Shown here in pieces: positions 27,376 to 39,199 of a stretch of 64,000 nt of DNA. The position numbers were made by a program, and so were the translations under genes. Source of the stretch: Camelus dromedarius (Eukaryota). The notes beneath the pieces were generated by a model, which had not been told where the DNA came from, ran no database searches, and was given only the letters and a program-made list of their open reading frames with translations. The stretch lies in the NCBI RefSeq assembly GCF_036321535.1, contig NC_087437.1, positions 8,742,001 to 8,806,000 of the forward strand, in the 5' to 3' direction. Every line of letters begins with the position of its first letter. Positions within the stretch are counted from its first letter, which is position 1.

Positions 27376-27883
27376 CCAACTGTGTCCATTTTGGGTCTAA
27401 TTAATCATTTTGGATTAAACCTAATGTTTCTCATTAAATTTTATAGAATCTATTGAATACCTCTCTCCAAAGGGCTAAATGTTTAGGGAAAAGCAGACTT
27501 CCTGATGCTTTTAAAGTTCTAAGTTTCCTTAAAAAAAGGTGATTTTCTGTAAAAATAGCATACTATCAGAATAGATGGCCAAGGTCTTAAGGAGTAGATT
27601 TATCACTGCAGTATCAATTGGTTAAGAATGCAATTAATTGTAATTGAAATTGTTCTCTCAAGTTTTACAGAAATTTTCCCATAAAGAAAATGTGTAGACC
27701 CAAAACATCACATCTATAGATAATTCACCCTCAAGTAAGAATATGAAATCACAGTTTGTAGTACAACAAGAAGCAAATTTGGGAATTACAGAACAGTGTT
27801 GTATGTGGCCAATGTTTTTGTACTCTGAAGTCTAGGATATCAGTCTTTCACATATTGGTAGCTTTTGAGCCATCTATTTTTAA

Positions 27884-28022
27884 AAAAAAAAAAAACTTGT
27901 TTTTTATTGACTTATAGTCATTTTACAATGTTGTGTCAAATTCCAGTGCAGAGCACAGTTTTTCAGTTATACATGAACATACATATATTCATTGTCACAT
28001 TCTCTTTCGCTGTGAGCCACCA
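27884..28022 (-). mobile_element. Very short young L1 3' end (camelid type)
   Basis: ttttattgacttatagtcattttacaatgttgtgtcaaattccag matches the 3' end of the L1 at 149-1105. TSD core gagccatct at 27867 and 28023. Confidence 0.88.
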
Positions 28023-30500
28023 GAGCCATCTTCTTTAATCCAAGCTTGTTTCCTTCTTGTTGTCTTTTAAGAGGCTGCATATAGCGTACTTTGTACTCAT
28101 TTGGGTTAAAATTTCAGTTTGCAGCATCCCCAGTTGTGTGATCTCAGGCAAATCCCTTTACTTCTTTTAACATCACATTTTTCATCTAAAGAAAATTCTG
28201 ACTCTGCATTTTGTTAATTACGGTTTTTAGTTATTAATAGAGATATTTATCAGGTCACCTTATAAAAAGAGGATATTACTATAAGATTATTAGGTGAATG
28301 AGACTGAGAATCCAATGGAAAATAACACTATCTCTTTCTTGCCTCCCTCAAGACTACATGTCATGATATCATTGTCAAAAAGCATCACTGCTTTTTTCTT
28401 GGGCTACATTTTATTCTTCAAATAAAATATTCCAAAATATGCTCAGACCAAACTCCATAGGAGGTTAGCATGACTCAATCAATGACCATTTTGGCTCCTG
28501 GAAAATCTGATTGTCATATTTTTTCCCTACTTCTGTGTTCTGAGAACATTGCATGGTCCCCAGATCAGAGTAGGTGTTCAGTAAACATCTGTTGAAGAAA
28601 TGAAGAAATGAGATAGTGGGAGTGGCAGCAACCATGGCTAAGTTGCCTGATGCTTGTTACTCTTAATGAATTAAATGGGATAATTTATGAAAGGATTCCA
28701 AGCCTAATTGTAGCGCATAGTTAGAGCTCAAAAGCTAGTTTTCCTCTTTAGTTATTTTTAATAAATACTCTTCTCTTTTTAATTTAAGAAATCTTAGCAA
28801 TAAAGAAAAAAGATGTTTAGGGAAAAGGAGACTTCCTGATGCTTTAAAATATACCATATGGGAATTCACCTATTTTTGTACAGAATTATTTTAAAAACTG
28901 AGAGACTTCTGCTTACAAGACAACATGATTTAGTTTTGTGGGTAAAGAGGCTTCTGGGAATACAGAATTTTATAATTCCATATTTCTTTTGCACGTTTCT
29001 TGGCATCCACTGATACTCTTTGGAATAGTGGGTATCATTCATATTCTCTAATGTGTTTCCTGGGGAAAAGAGAAAAGCAACATGGTATTCCCAAGTGTTT
29101 AGGATAAAGTAATTGAAAAACACTTTAAAATCACATATTCTTGGGGTTGCAACTTCTCTTGTAATTTCTATCAGTAACATCTTCGGAGAGCTCCATGGTA
29201 AGGCCGTGCTGGTGTAGTGGATGGTGGTAAGATCTTTGATTTTTAAGAACAGAGAATGTTGCAAGAGGTGATTTCTGTTTCATTTCTGTTTCTGTATTTT
29301 GCAGCCGTAGTATGCCTCTGACAGAATCTTTGCCTTTAGAGAAGTTGTTTTCTCTCTTGTACTCCCGTCTCAGGAAAACTGGATTCTACTTTGCTTGTGA
29401 TGTCTTTGCCAATAAAAGGCTTTCTTGTTAAGCCAGTGCCATTTGCATCTGGATTTTCTCCTTTGGTTCACTATGCCCTTCTTGCAGAGCTTCGGAACTG
29501 GCCTAATGGAGCTTGCTGAAAGTGACAATTTGAATTGAATGATTCCCTGTAAGTTTATAGTTTTGGCTCTCTTTACATCATTAGGGACCCAGATAGAGAG
29601 ACTTCAGTAGGGCTTGGTAGGAGAAGTACACCTGTGTCTCTTTTTCAATGTTTGGTTTCTAATGCCGGGCATTTTTATCAGTCAATATTTTGCCCAGATG
29701 ACAGCAGCTCATAGATTGAAATGAAATGGATACATGTGTGCTTGCTGTTTTAGCAGACCTAACCTGAGAGCCTGCTCATGATACAGCAATGAGAACACCC
29801 AATATTTCCTCTTAGATTTTCTGTAAGCATCATATTGGTGAACAGGGGGAGGAATTTGAGGCTGTCATTTTACAAGGTTCCATCATCCAGGTAGAGACAC
29901 TTTGGAGAAACGGATGCTGGAATATTTCTTTTGCGTCATTGAAATATTCGTATGATGCTCAATGTTCCTTTGCAACCCATAATCTTTTGAGCCAACAGCT
30001 ATTGGGAAGTATAGATGAGACCAGGTGCACAATGAATTTTAGATAAAGAACTGTAAGGCCCTCCAAATTAAACAAATATTGCTCACGTAGAGCAGGATTG
30101 CTGTTGAACAGAGATGACTGAAGCAGAAAATAAGTGAGGACTCGGTATTTTTTGAACAGTTGATGTGTTACTACATACTCTAATTATCGCAAAGAAATAG
30201 AAAACGTTGATTTCCATTTTTGGCCCAGTATTGGCTTCTTTATGTCTGGCCCGGACCAGACACAGAAACTAGAAAGAGTTATTTATAAAGATAAATATGG
30301 CCCAGTGTCTTTCCCTCACTGGGTTGAGCCAGCAAGACGGGATGAAGAACATCATTCATTCAGAACAGTCTCCTCCAGGAAGGCAGAGCTGCAGGGTGGG
30401 AATTGTTGGTGGTGGGAGTTCTGAATTATTCTGTGGATTATATCAGATGTAAGCATAGAAGATAACTCCAGCAAATACTGCTTTTAAAAAAAAATCACTC

Positions 30501-31450
30501 TGTCATAGGTTGAGCTCCCGAGAAGTAGACTCTGAGATGGAGGTGTGTATGCCTGAGGTGTACTGGGGAGCATTCTTGAAAGGACCGCCCTTGCCCCTTC
30601 CCTGTTTTCTCACTCCTGCCCCCCTAACCTTAAAAGAGCCTAATGATAAGGATGAGATCATTGGGCAATTGAAACTAACTCCTGACTTAGGCTTCCTTGA
30701 ATGCACACCATGCCTTGTTGAACCTGCTGATTTTTTCCTAGATAAAAAGAAGTAAGAATAAAGAATTAAGCAGTCAAAGAATGATAAGCTCTCTACCCTC
30801 AACAGCCTCCTGAGCTATCCTGCAGGCAGATCACAGGGGGCAAGATAACATCTGAAGAGACTGTCAGCCAGTCTCACACAATGGGGAATGATGCAGACCC
30901 CAACCTCCTGCCTCAATGATTCCCTAAGATTCTCCCCCCGCCCCCCATTTTTCCCTTTGAAAACTGTCATGGCTGAGCAGAATCCCTGGAGTTGGTCTTG
31001 GGACATGGGTCCACCTTCTCCACAGATTGCCAGCTTTTCTGATCAAATCATCTTTCCTTTCTATTGACACTTTCCTCTTACTGGCTTTTGAAGGGCAAGC
31101 AGCCGAACATGACTTTGGTAACACTCTTAGAAACAGCACCCATGAAAGCATAAAGGCAGCAGAGGGAAACACTGAACTGCAGTACATTAGCAACAGGGTC
31201 TACAGCCACTCCCATGGGTGCTTTGGAGCTGGAATGACTTCTAGAAAGGTCCAGAATTGAAACAAGAAGGAAAGCCTTTGTACCCCACCACCACCAGTCT
31301 TGGCCACCCCAGTCACAGAGAGAGGATGTGACTTTGGTTAAGGCAGCTCCCTCCTGCAGAGGGGGACACATATCTGAGTGGTCACAGTCAGGATTCCACA
31401 CAGGTACTGAGAGACTTGCTTCTGAAGAGGGGAAATCTGGGTGACACACC
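30501..31450 (-). mobile_element. ERVL LTR (LTR33-like) split by an ERV1 solo LTR
   Basis: tgtcataggttgagctcccgagaagtagactctgagatgg lies before the insert; agagggaaacactgaactgc...ggagctggaatgac...cctttgtacccc...ggcagctc lies after it. Confidence 0.7.
30577..31123 (+). mobile_element. ERV1-type solo LTR (547 bp)
   Basis: TG..CA termini (tgaaagg...ggtaaca). 4-bp TSD ttct/ctct with one mismatch. The element cleanly interrupts an older LTR. Confidence 0.8.
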
Positions 31451-33124
31451 CCATCATCCATGACACACATTATTAAATTTCAGCTCCATGGTCTCCTAAG
31501 GGACAGGCTGCAACTTTTACTTTTACTGGTTTAAGATAAGTTTATGACTAGAGATGAATGTATGTCAAGATCATTGTTTTGATTTTGTATCCTCCTCATC
31601 TGAGAAGAGATAGCTATTTATAGGGGTTCTGTCCTTGACATAAATCCTCATCCTTAACGTGGGAACACTTCACAGTCAGCTGAAGAGTGAATGAAATTGG
31701 GCCCATTGTTCTCAGGGTGACTCAGAAAAGGAACTTATGACAGAGGCACGGTCTGTTTCCATGTATGTGGACAAAGATCGAATGCCTTTGTATTTCCCCA
31801 ATAATTTTTACACTGCCCTTAATAATACATGGCTCTGCAGCCCTCACAAATTTGACAAAACTGCCTTCTGCCAGGTTCTAAATATGATGGATATAATTGA
31901 GACAGTTTAGAATTATATAAACACACATATACATGGTCAACCCTTAAGTTGTGCAGTTGTTGTGTACACGAATTTTCTCCCTGACCCCAAATACACATAT
32001 CAGAAATTGATATATAATTATATCTATAACGTCCACACTCTGTTTATATATATATATATGACATACATATTTTATATATATATATAATACCTATCTAGAA
32101 TGTTGTCAATAAACATCACAATTTTCTCTTAATAATATATTCCACCTCTGCCTCTAAAACTCCACTGAAATGACTGCACACTTCGAAGGTCAGGGACTAA
32201 CACACGTAGGAAATTCCTCCCCTACCAGCAGATCAAACACACATAGCAATAGAACCAATGAGAAGGTGCTTGAAGGATAGCTGGGTTTTGAGCCCATGAC
32301 ATTTCCTCCTCAGCAAAAGAGTTGAGAGTATTCTAAGAAGCTTTGAATGGAAGTATAGTTTTTTCTTTCTTTTCTGGACGGACCCTGATTGGTATTTTTT
32401 CCCAAGCCAAATCTTTTTCAGGGTCATTGAAAAACCTGTTCTGGCAAAAACTGCCTCCTTTTTCAATCAGAGGAGCCAACAATTTTTATAGGGTCTTCCA
32501 CTGACTCTGCATCAGTAAAAGACTTCATAAAAGTACTGTTATGAAAGGATAAAACATACACAAAAGTAAGAAATACACCTTTTGACAACATAGAAAGAAA
32601 GAGTAAAAGAAAGCCATGCACTCTTTTTCTCCGTACACTCTGCAGAGTAAAGTGGGTTCTGCTTTCATACAGGCAGCTAAATAATGACGCCTTCCTTCCT
32701 TACACTCTCCCATTATTTGTCAGTGGGTTATTGACAGAAGTAGGACCACAAGCAGCTAATACACTAAGTTACTCAGGAAACACATATATATGTGTGAGAG
32801 AATATATTCATCTGTCCAGTGCTAATGATAAGGAGTCATACTGGCTTTTGTCCACATCAGAAAAGAAATACGAGGAAACACATGAATTATACTTCTAGCT
32901 GCATACCTTACCCATTGTAATTAAAAAAAACTTGATTGAACACTCATGTGCCAAACAATGTGCTCAGTGCTGGTGATGACAATGGTCAGCAGAAGAAATC
33001 TGGGCTCAGTGTTCAGGAAGCTTATAAACAATGGCAACGCTATCTTACGTCAAAGGATTATAACCTTATTAGAGTGCCAGTGGGCCAAAAGAAATGGAAA
33101 AATTTCATAGTTAAAGTATGCATT

Positions 33125-33606
33125 TGTATGGGAGGAATAATAATGTAGCTGCCACCCTTCTGAGTTCTTGGCTAAGACGGTCATAAAAGACAGGCTGACG
33201 AGAGAAAAACAAAGAGAAGATTGTTAATGTGAATACCTCAGGTACACAGCGGAGACACCCAGGAAAAGCGAACAACCCCCTGAGATGACCCAAGTCACCA
33301 CCGTATAATAATGCCACCTTAGCTAAAGATAGCAGTGAACAGCGACAAGTTTTATTAGGCAGTTTAAGTTTTGTCTTCTCCATCATTAAATTTTGTGTGA
33401 CCTAGAGTCAACCTCGTCTTCTGAAAACAGCAAGGGGACACCCTAACAAATGGAGATTTCCTTTGTAAATGTAAAATTTCCCTTACTCCGTTCTCAGGGC
33501 TTCTCCAGCATCTGCTGTCACTCAAAATAAGCAGCTCATCAACATAATCCTTCCTCCAAAGAGGCATATTGTGGAGGGGGGTGGGGCTATTCTGTTCCCC
33601 TTCTCA
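33125..33606 (-). mobile_element. ERV1-type solo LTR
   Basis: Layout resembles 45875-46337; ends ccaaagaggcatatt...ggggctattctgttccccttctca. TSD not clean. Confidence 0.7.
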
Positions 33607-33926
33607 CTCACCCCACCTTATGGCTCTGAGGGTGACATAGGCCGACTCTCCCATTTTTCAGCTGAAACAAACTCATGTCGATCAGTCACACCTCTGCAAG
33701 CCTCAGTTTCCTCATCTGTAGGGAATGGCTGATGATATCTACCTAAGAGTGTTATTCTGAGGAAAACATGTGATAATATGTCTGAAAACGTAGGATCATT
33801 CCTTGAAGTACACATATGTGTATATTCTGTGTACTTCCTTCCTTTCTGCTGCTAAAAATGATTAAAGAAGACAAACTTTACCTAACACTTCATGAAGTGG
33901 GCAGTCACTGTTCCCAAGGGTCCGGA

Positions 33927-34502
33927 TGATCAGAAAGCAGGTTCTTGTCCTATCACAGAAAGAATCCAGAAACAAGACACGGAGGTCGAGAAAGCAAAGT
34001 GAAGATATATTAAGAGATAGACAGGATGCTCTTAAGGGGAGAGTGGTCAGACCCAGTTCAGTAGCTGCCCTGAGCTTCTCTGGAAGGCTGGTTATCTGGC
34101 TGTAAAAATGAGCGGGCAGAATATTCACTGGCAGGGAGGGGTTTGGGGTCATCTTTCCTGATCTTCATCCTGGCTCCACCTTCCTGAAAGGAGGAGGAAT
34201 TTTTGTCCTTACTTAGTCTTGATCAAGAAGTTGGATGAGGGCATCATGAGCAAAATGTTGCATTCAGATGAGGGTATGAGTGAAAGGTTACATTTGGATG
34301 GTGGAGATTTCTGTCTTGTCCCACCTTTCTTTGCCTCCGGACACTTGTCATCCCAAAGTGTATGGTTTCTTACTAGTCCCAAGGTTCCTGCTTTTCTCTG
34401 TCTGCCCAAGGACCCCCTTTGTTCACATGATGTGTGGTTTCCTGCCATTTGGCCCATGTCCCCTGTTCTCTGCTCATATCCCGCTACCTGCCTGCCCTAA
34501 CA
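33927..34502 (-). mobile_element. ERV1-type solo LTR (576 bp)
   Basis: tgatcagaaagcaggttcttgtcc...cctgccctaaca with TG..CA ends. TSD cgga (33923-33926) / caga (34503-34506) differs by one CpG-type transition. Confidence 0.78.
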
Positions 34503-37500
34503 CAGAGAACAGTAAAATGTGGGGAAGGCAGGAAGCTTTTACAGGATAAAGAGTAAGGAACAAGAAAGAGAAAAGTAGAAAATAAATAAGGAACAAAGAA
34601 GTGAGTGCAGAGCTGGAAGTTGATGTGGCGTCTGGGGATTGGCTGACTACGTTGACAGGGACACAAAAGTTACCGAAGTTTCTGTCTGCTGATGTGGCCT
34701 CCGTGGGCAGTAACAGCTCCATCTTGGGCATAGAACTGTATTTCAACACTACTCACCCAGCGGTACCTTGTGAGCCATTTTTCTCTTTAAGCTCATCCAA
34801 AGGCAGAAACAAATATTCAAAAAACTATTTATCCTAAGAGCTAAAAGGAAAGGTTTGAAATGAATGTAAGGTTGCAAAGTAAGTTTTTCCCTCTTAAAGA
34901 TTAGATAACACTGAAACTGAGAAAAGGGTCAGGGGGGTACAGAGGAGGTCCAAAATTGGAGCTGAGGGGTCCTTGATGAGGGAGAGGTGAGAAGGCTCTT
35001 TTTTTTGAGGATGGTAAGCGAAAAAGTGGGAGGAAGTCAGAGCCTCTAAGCTATCCTCCAATGTGGGGTCCCCTCCTCCCATTTTCTGTGGTCAACTTTG
35101 CTGGCCACCAGTCCTGGATACCTGTAACCCCCCCTTGGACAGAAGGTGACAGACTAGAAGTTTGCTGGAGAAATGGGACCATGAAAGGAAAAGCTGTATC
35201 TCCTGAAGGAAGTAGAATTTAGATTTTCTGAGCTGAAGCAGCGAGGGACACATTGCAAACATAATAACTAAGTGACGAAATACACATTAAAAGGCAATGA
35301 ATATGTTAATACTGTCCCAGAATACCACGCTTCTCTGCTTTCCCCGTCCCAACTCAGTCAACGCTCTGTACTTGCTTACCCCAACCCCTCACCAGTCAAG
35401 CGTGACCAGAAGCATCATTCGCAAATACGGTGCTGGTTCTTCCCTGTTGAGGACATCTGCCACGTGTGCTCTTCTCCCTGGCATCAGCGTCCTCACATGG
35501 ATGGGCCACAGCATGGGTGAGCCATTTGGTGCTTCCCCTCCTGACGATCATGGAGGCTGTGTGGAACATTCAATTTAGCAGTAGCCACTCTGCCTCTCTT
35601 GGAGACTGCCAACACGAACAGATGGGCCATCCTACAACCCAGGTGGCCTGTCCTACACAGACGTATCTTAAAAGGTTTCCTCCTGGAAACGCTTGTGCCC
35701 TGCTTTCTGCAAAACTCAGTGTCAGGGTAGGGGGGATATTGCCGTCATCCAGAAGACAGAACGTTCAAACAGTGCTGGTAACTAGTCACGTTGATTTGTC
35801 TTTTCCCAGAGGAAGGACCCACCATCTGTTTCACGTAAGAAATATAAGACAAAGAGATAGTACACAATAGGGAAAAATGTATATGTACACACACAAATGC
35901 ATACTTTAAGTACCCAGAGGCTTCCATCTCTTCCGAAGAGTTGCTCAATGTCTTTGATGTAGCCTCTCTTTGATAAGGTGTCTTGAAATTGGCACTCATT
36001 TATAACATTTTATTCTTATAAAGTCTAAGTTGAAATATCTTGTGCTTCTTCCTTAAAAAGAAATATGGGGAGAGAGACACAGAGAGAGAGCAAAGCGACA
36101 AAAGCCACATTGCTAAGTGGGGAAATATTTTTTGGATGAAAATATTTCAGCACTGAGATTTAGATTTTTGGACTCGTCAGCATGGACTGGTCTGGATAAA
36201 GCACAAAGTTTTTGTTGACATCTATTTGCCAACTCACATAAGGACTTTGTAATGACTTTCTTTCAAACCCATCTGGTGATTTAGCCAAGGCTGCTGAAAT
36301 TCTGAAGAAGAACTATAAAGCTGAGCTGTGTCAGAGGACCCTGGCAGTTACTTCATTTTTTGCTGGACTCTTTTGGGCAGAAATTACATGATGAGACTTG
36401 CTAGAAATTGTATTGATTTAAAAAGTGGCTTTATAATTGCTTAAACTAGATGATCTTCTTGTTTTTTTGTTTCCAGTTCTTTTCAGAGCCCTACAACAAA
36501 CTTGTATATTTTTGATTAATCCTTTCCGGGTAAAATTAAAAGAAGTGTGGGCTGGATTTACATGGATGAATGAAGTTATGGAATTCTGTGACAGGGCTTC
36601 CTGTGAGTTTCATCTCAAAACAGAAGACAGGACATAATACTTCATTAAAGCAAATTATAAAGAATGAGCTACAGTGCTATTCTCGCCAAATTTCCAGATT
36701 AAGGACCCACAGGGCTAATTATTACACTGTCTCTGCCCCACACCAGCTCTGTGATTTTTGTAAAGTTAACTCTTCTTCATATTCCTTATGGTCAATTTAT
36801 GCAGTGTCTGAAGTCCATGATTTGAGGAAAGAATCTAACTCTTAGAATAATTAGAAGAAAAGTTCAGTTTTGTCTGACATCTAAAGATGTAAAGAAGAGC
36901 TGATGGAGATCATAAATATTGGTGTAAGTCTGAGATTATTTGATACCAATATGGACAAGGAGGTTTCAGGTTAACACATTCAGATGGGCATTGAAAGTTC
37001 CATTTTCACTTTTAAAAATCGATCTTTTCTTCACAATCAGAACTTTCAGTCCTTCTTCAACACTTCACGTTTTTAGGTGACTTTCGCTTCTGTTTCAGGA
37101 ATAAATGTTGAGTATCTATAATGTATTTCTCTTTAACTGAGTTTCTAACCCCCTGAGGTTGGAAACCCAGGCACATTTGTCTTTATGTCGTCAGCAACTA
37201 ACCCAATGCTGGGTAGGTAGTAGGACACAGTCGATACTGAATTCAACAATCCGCAAATATGTGTGGAGCACAACTTGTTCACAAGGTGCTATGGTCTCTT
37301 TTTCTCATCATTTTGCTTTATTTCTACCCTTTCCTTAACTTAAAAACAAAAAAAAAAAAAAACACACATCTTCCAATGACATCATTAAGGTAAGAAATAC
37401 ATGGGAAGAAACCAAAGCTGTAAAGTTACCGCTGGCCAATTACCACTCCTTATACCACTTTTTCCCTTCTTTTGAGTTATCGCTGACATGTCCATACCTT

Positions 37501-37963
37501 ATTAACTCCCTTCTCTATTCCTTTTCACTTATCTACTCGTTTCTCCTTATCTCTCTTCCACTTCTCTCCTTGCACCAAATACTCAAATTTTATGTTTATT
37601 TTCTAGTTATTTCTGAAATTCTCTTCATGAAAATCTGTGATGAAAACAACCACTAGATGTTAAGGAAAACACATTCATCACAGGAACTCCTCTGTTAGAG
37701 TGAAGGTTTTAGGAATGAAGTCTACCTGAGTGACTTAGTGGTCAATTAGACATCTCTGGGTTCCAAATTTTAGGATCGCCGATGCATTTCTCACCTCTTG
37801 GTACCCTTCTCTTTTCACTGCTAATTGGCTGATTCTGGCTCCCTGCTCCAGTTTCATAAAGCCTATGTCTATTTCTAGTCCCTGCAGCAACATACATATC
37901 TGATTTCTAAAATATTATTCTTTTTCTTCTTTTCATAATCAAAAATTTTCAGAGCTATGTCCT

Positions 37964-38262
37964 TGCTATGGACTGAATTGTGTCTGCCTCAGAATTCTTA
38001 TGTTGAAGCCATAATCCCATGACTTCGTATTTGGGCATAAGGCTTTTAGGAGCTAATTAGATTTACATTTGGTCATAAGGGTGGGATCCTAATGTCCTAG
38101 GACTTGTGCCCTTATAAGCAGAAGGAGAGACACCAAGCTTCTCTCTCTGTAATCTGAAGACACGACAAAAAGGTGGTCACCTGCAAGCCAAGAAGAGAGA
38201 CCTCATGAGGGACTAGCTCTCACCTTGACAGTGGACTTCTAGATGTTGGCTTTTAGAACTAT
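37964..38262 (+). mobile_element. MLT1A/B-like MaLR LTR (3' end incomplete)
   Basis: tgctatggactgaattgtgtc...tatgttgaagcc...cacctgcaagccaagaagagag...ggacttctag. Confidence 0.85.
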
Positions 38263-38789
38263 TACAGTCCTTTTCTTGAATTTTCTGAATAATATTCCCT
38301 TTTACTTTAACCTTAGAATATGAATCTCTTACGATTATTGTTGTTTGGGGTTTCCCCTTCACTTTTAAAATATATTAATAAACTAATCCTTATATGGAGA
38401 TGAATTGACCTTGAGTAAGTTCCTCGCCCCTTCTCTAATGTAGAAGTTGGAGGCTGTATTAATATGCAGAATTCTTAGCCCATTTACAGTGTGTGTCATT
38501 ACTTGTGCTACTCAGTTTAATTTTATCTGAAAAGAAATTGGTGAATATCCTTCTGTACTCTGGGGATCCAATTTCAGGGGGGAATGAAGTAAGTTGAGAA
38601 ACACACACACGCCAGACTTATTGAGGTAGGACATAGAAAGGACAAGAGCCCAGCCTCCCCACAGAGACACAAATCAATTTGCAGAGGAGATTCATGTATT
38701 TCTCTTTTCCTGAACTCGTCTGAGTATTTTAATGGATAACTGGGTGAAAGCTAACAAGTTAGTATCCATTGACATTATCATTTTTAAAA

Positions 38790-39010
38790 CACTGTGTTAA
38801 ATACTTTACAAGCAAAACATCATTTAATCCTTAAAATAATACTTTGTGTGAGGCATATTAATACAAGTATTATTAGCCCCATTTTAAAGATGAGGAGACC
38901 AAGGTGAAAAAAAATGTTTAAGTAATTTGCCCTAATGCACATTTAGTATATGACAGAACTGAAATTCGACCCTCCTGAGTCTGACTCCAGAGTCTGATAT
39001 TTTAACCATA
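38790..39010 (-). mobile_element. MIR SINE
   Basis: tattagccccattttaaagatgaggagaccaagg...tctgactccagagtc. Confidence 0.8.
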
Positions 39011-39174
39011 AAGCATAAAACAACATGAGATACCATTGCTTTAATGTCAGTGCCAAGAAAATATTTAGATTATATACAACACTACAGACACTTTCTCCTT
39101 AGAATATCATTTGGGACAAAAAAAGTTTAAATGATGAAATATGACACAACCAGGGACTATTTTAGATATATTAA

Positions 39175-39199
39175 ACACACACACACACACACACACACA
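39175..39199. repeat. (CA)n microsatellite
   Basis: Read directly from the sequence. Confidence 0.95.

Noticed and set aside
33125..34502. Paired LTRs of a provirus
   Set aside because: The two LTRs differ in sequence, the second has its own TSD, and the ~320 bp between them is MIR or unique DNA with no PBS, gag or pol.
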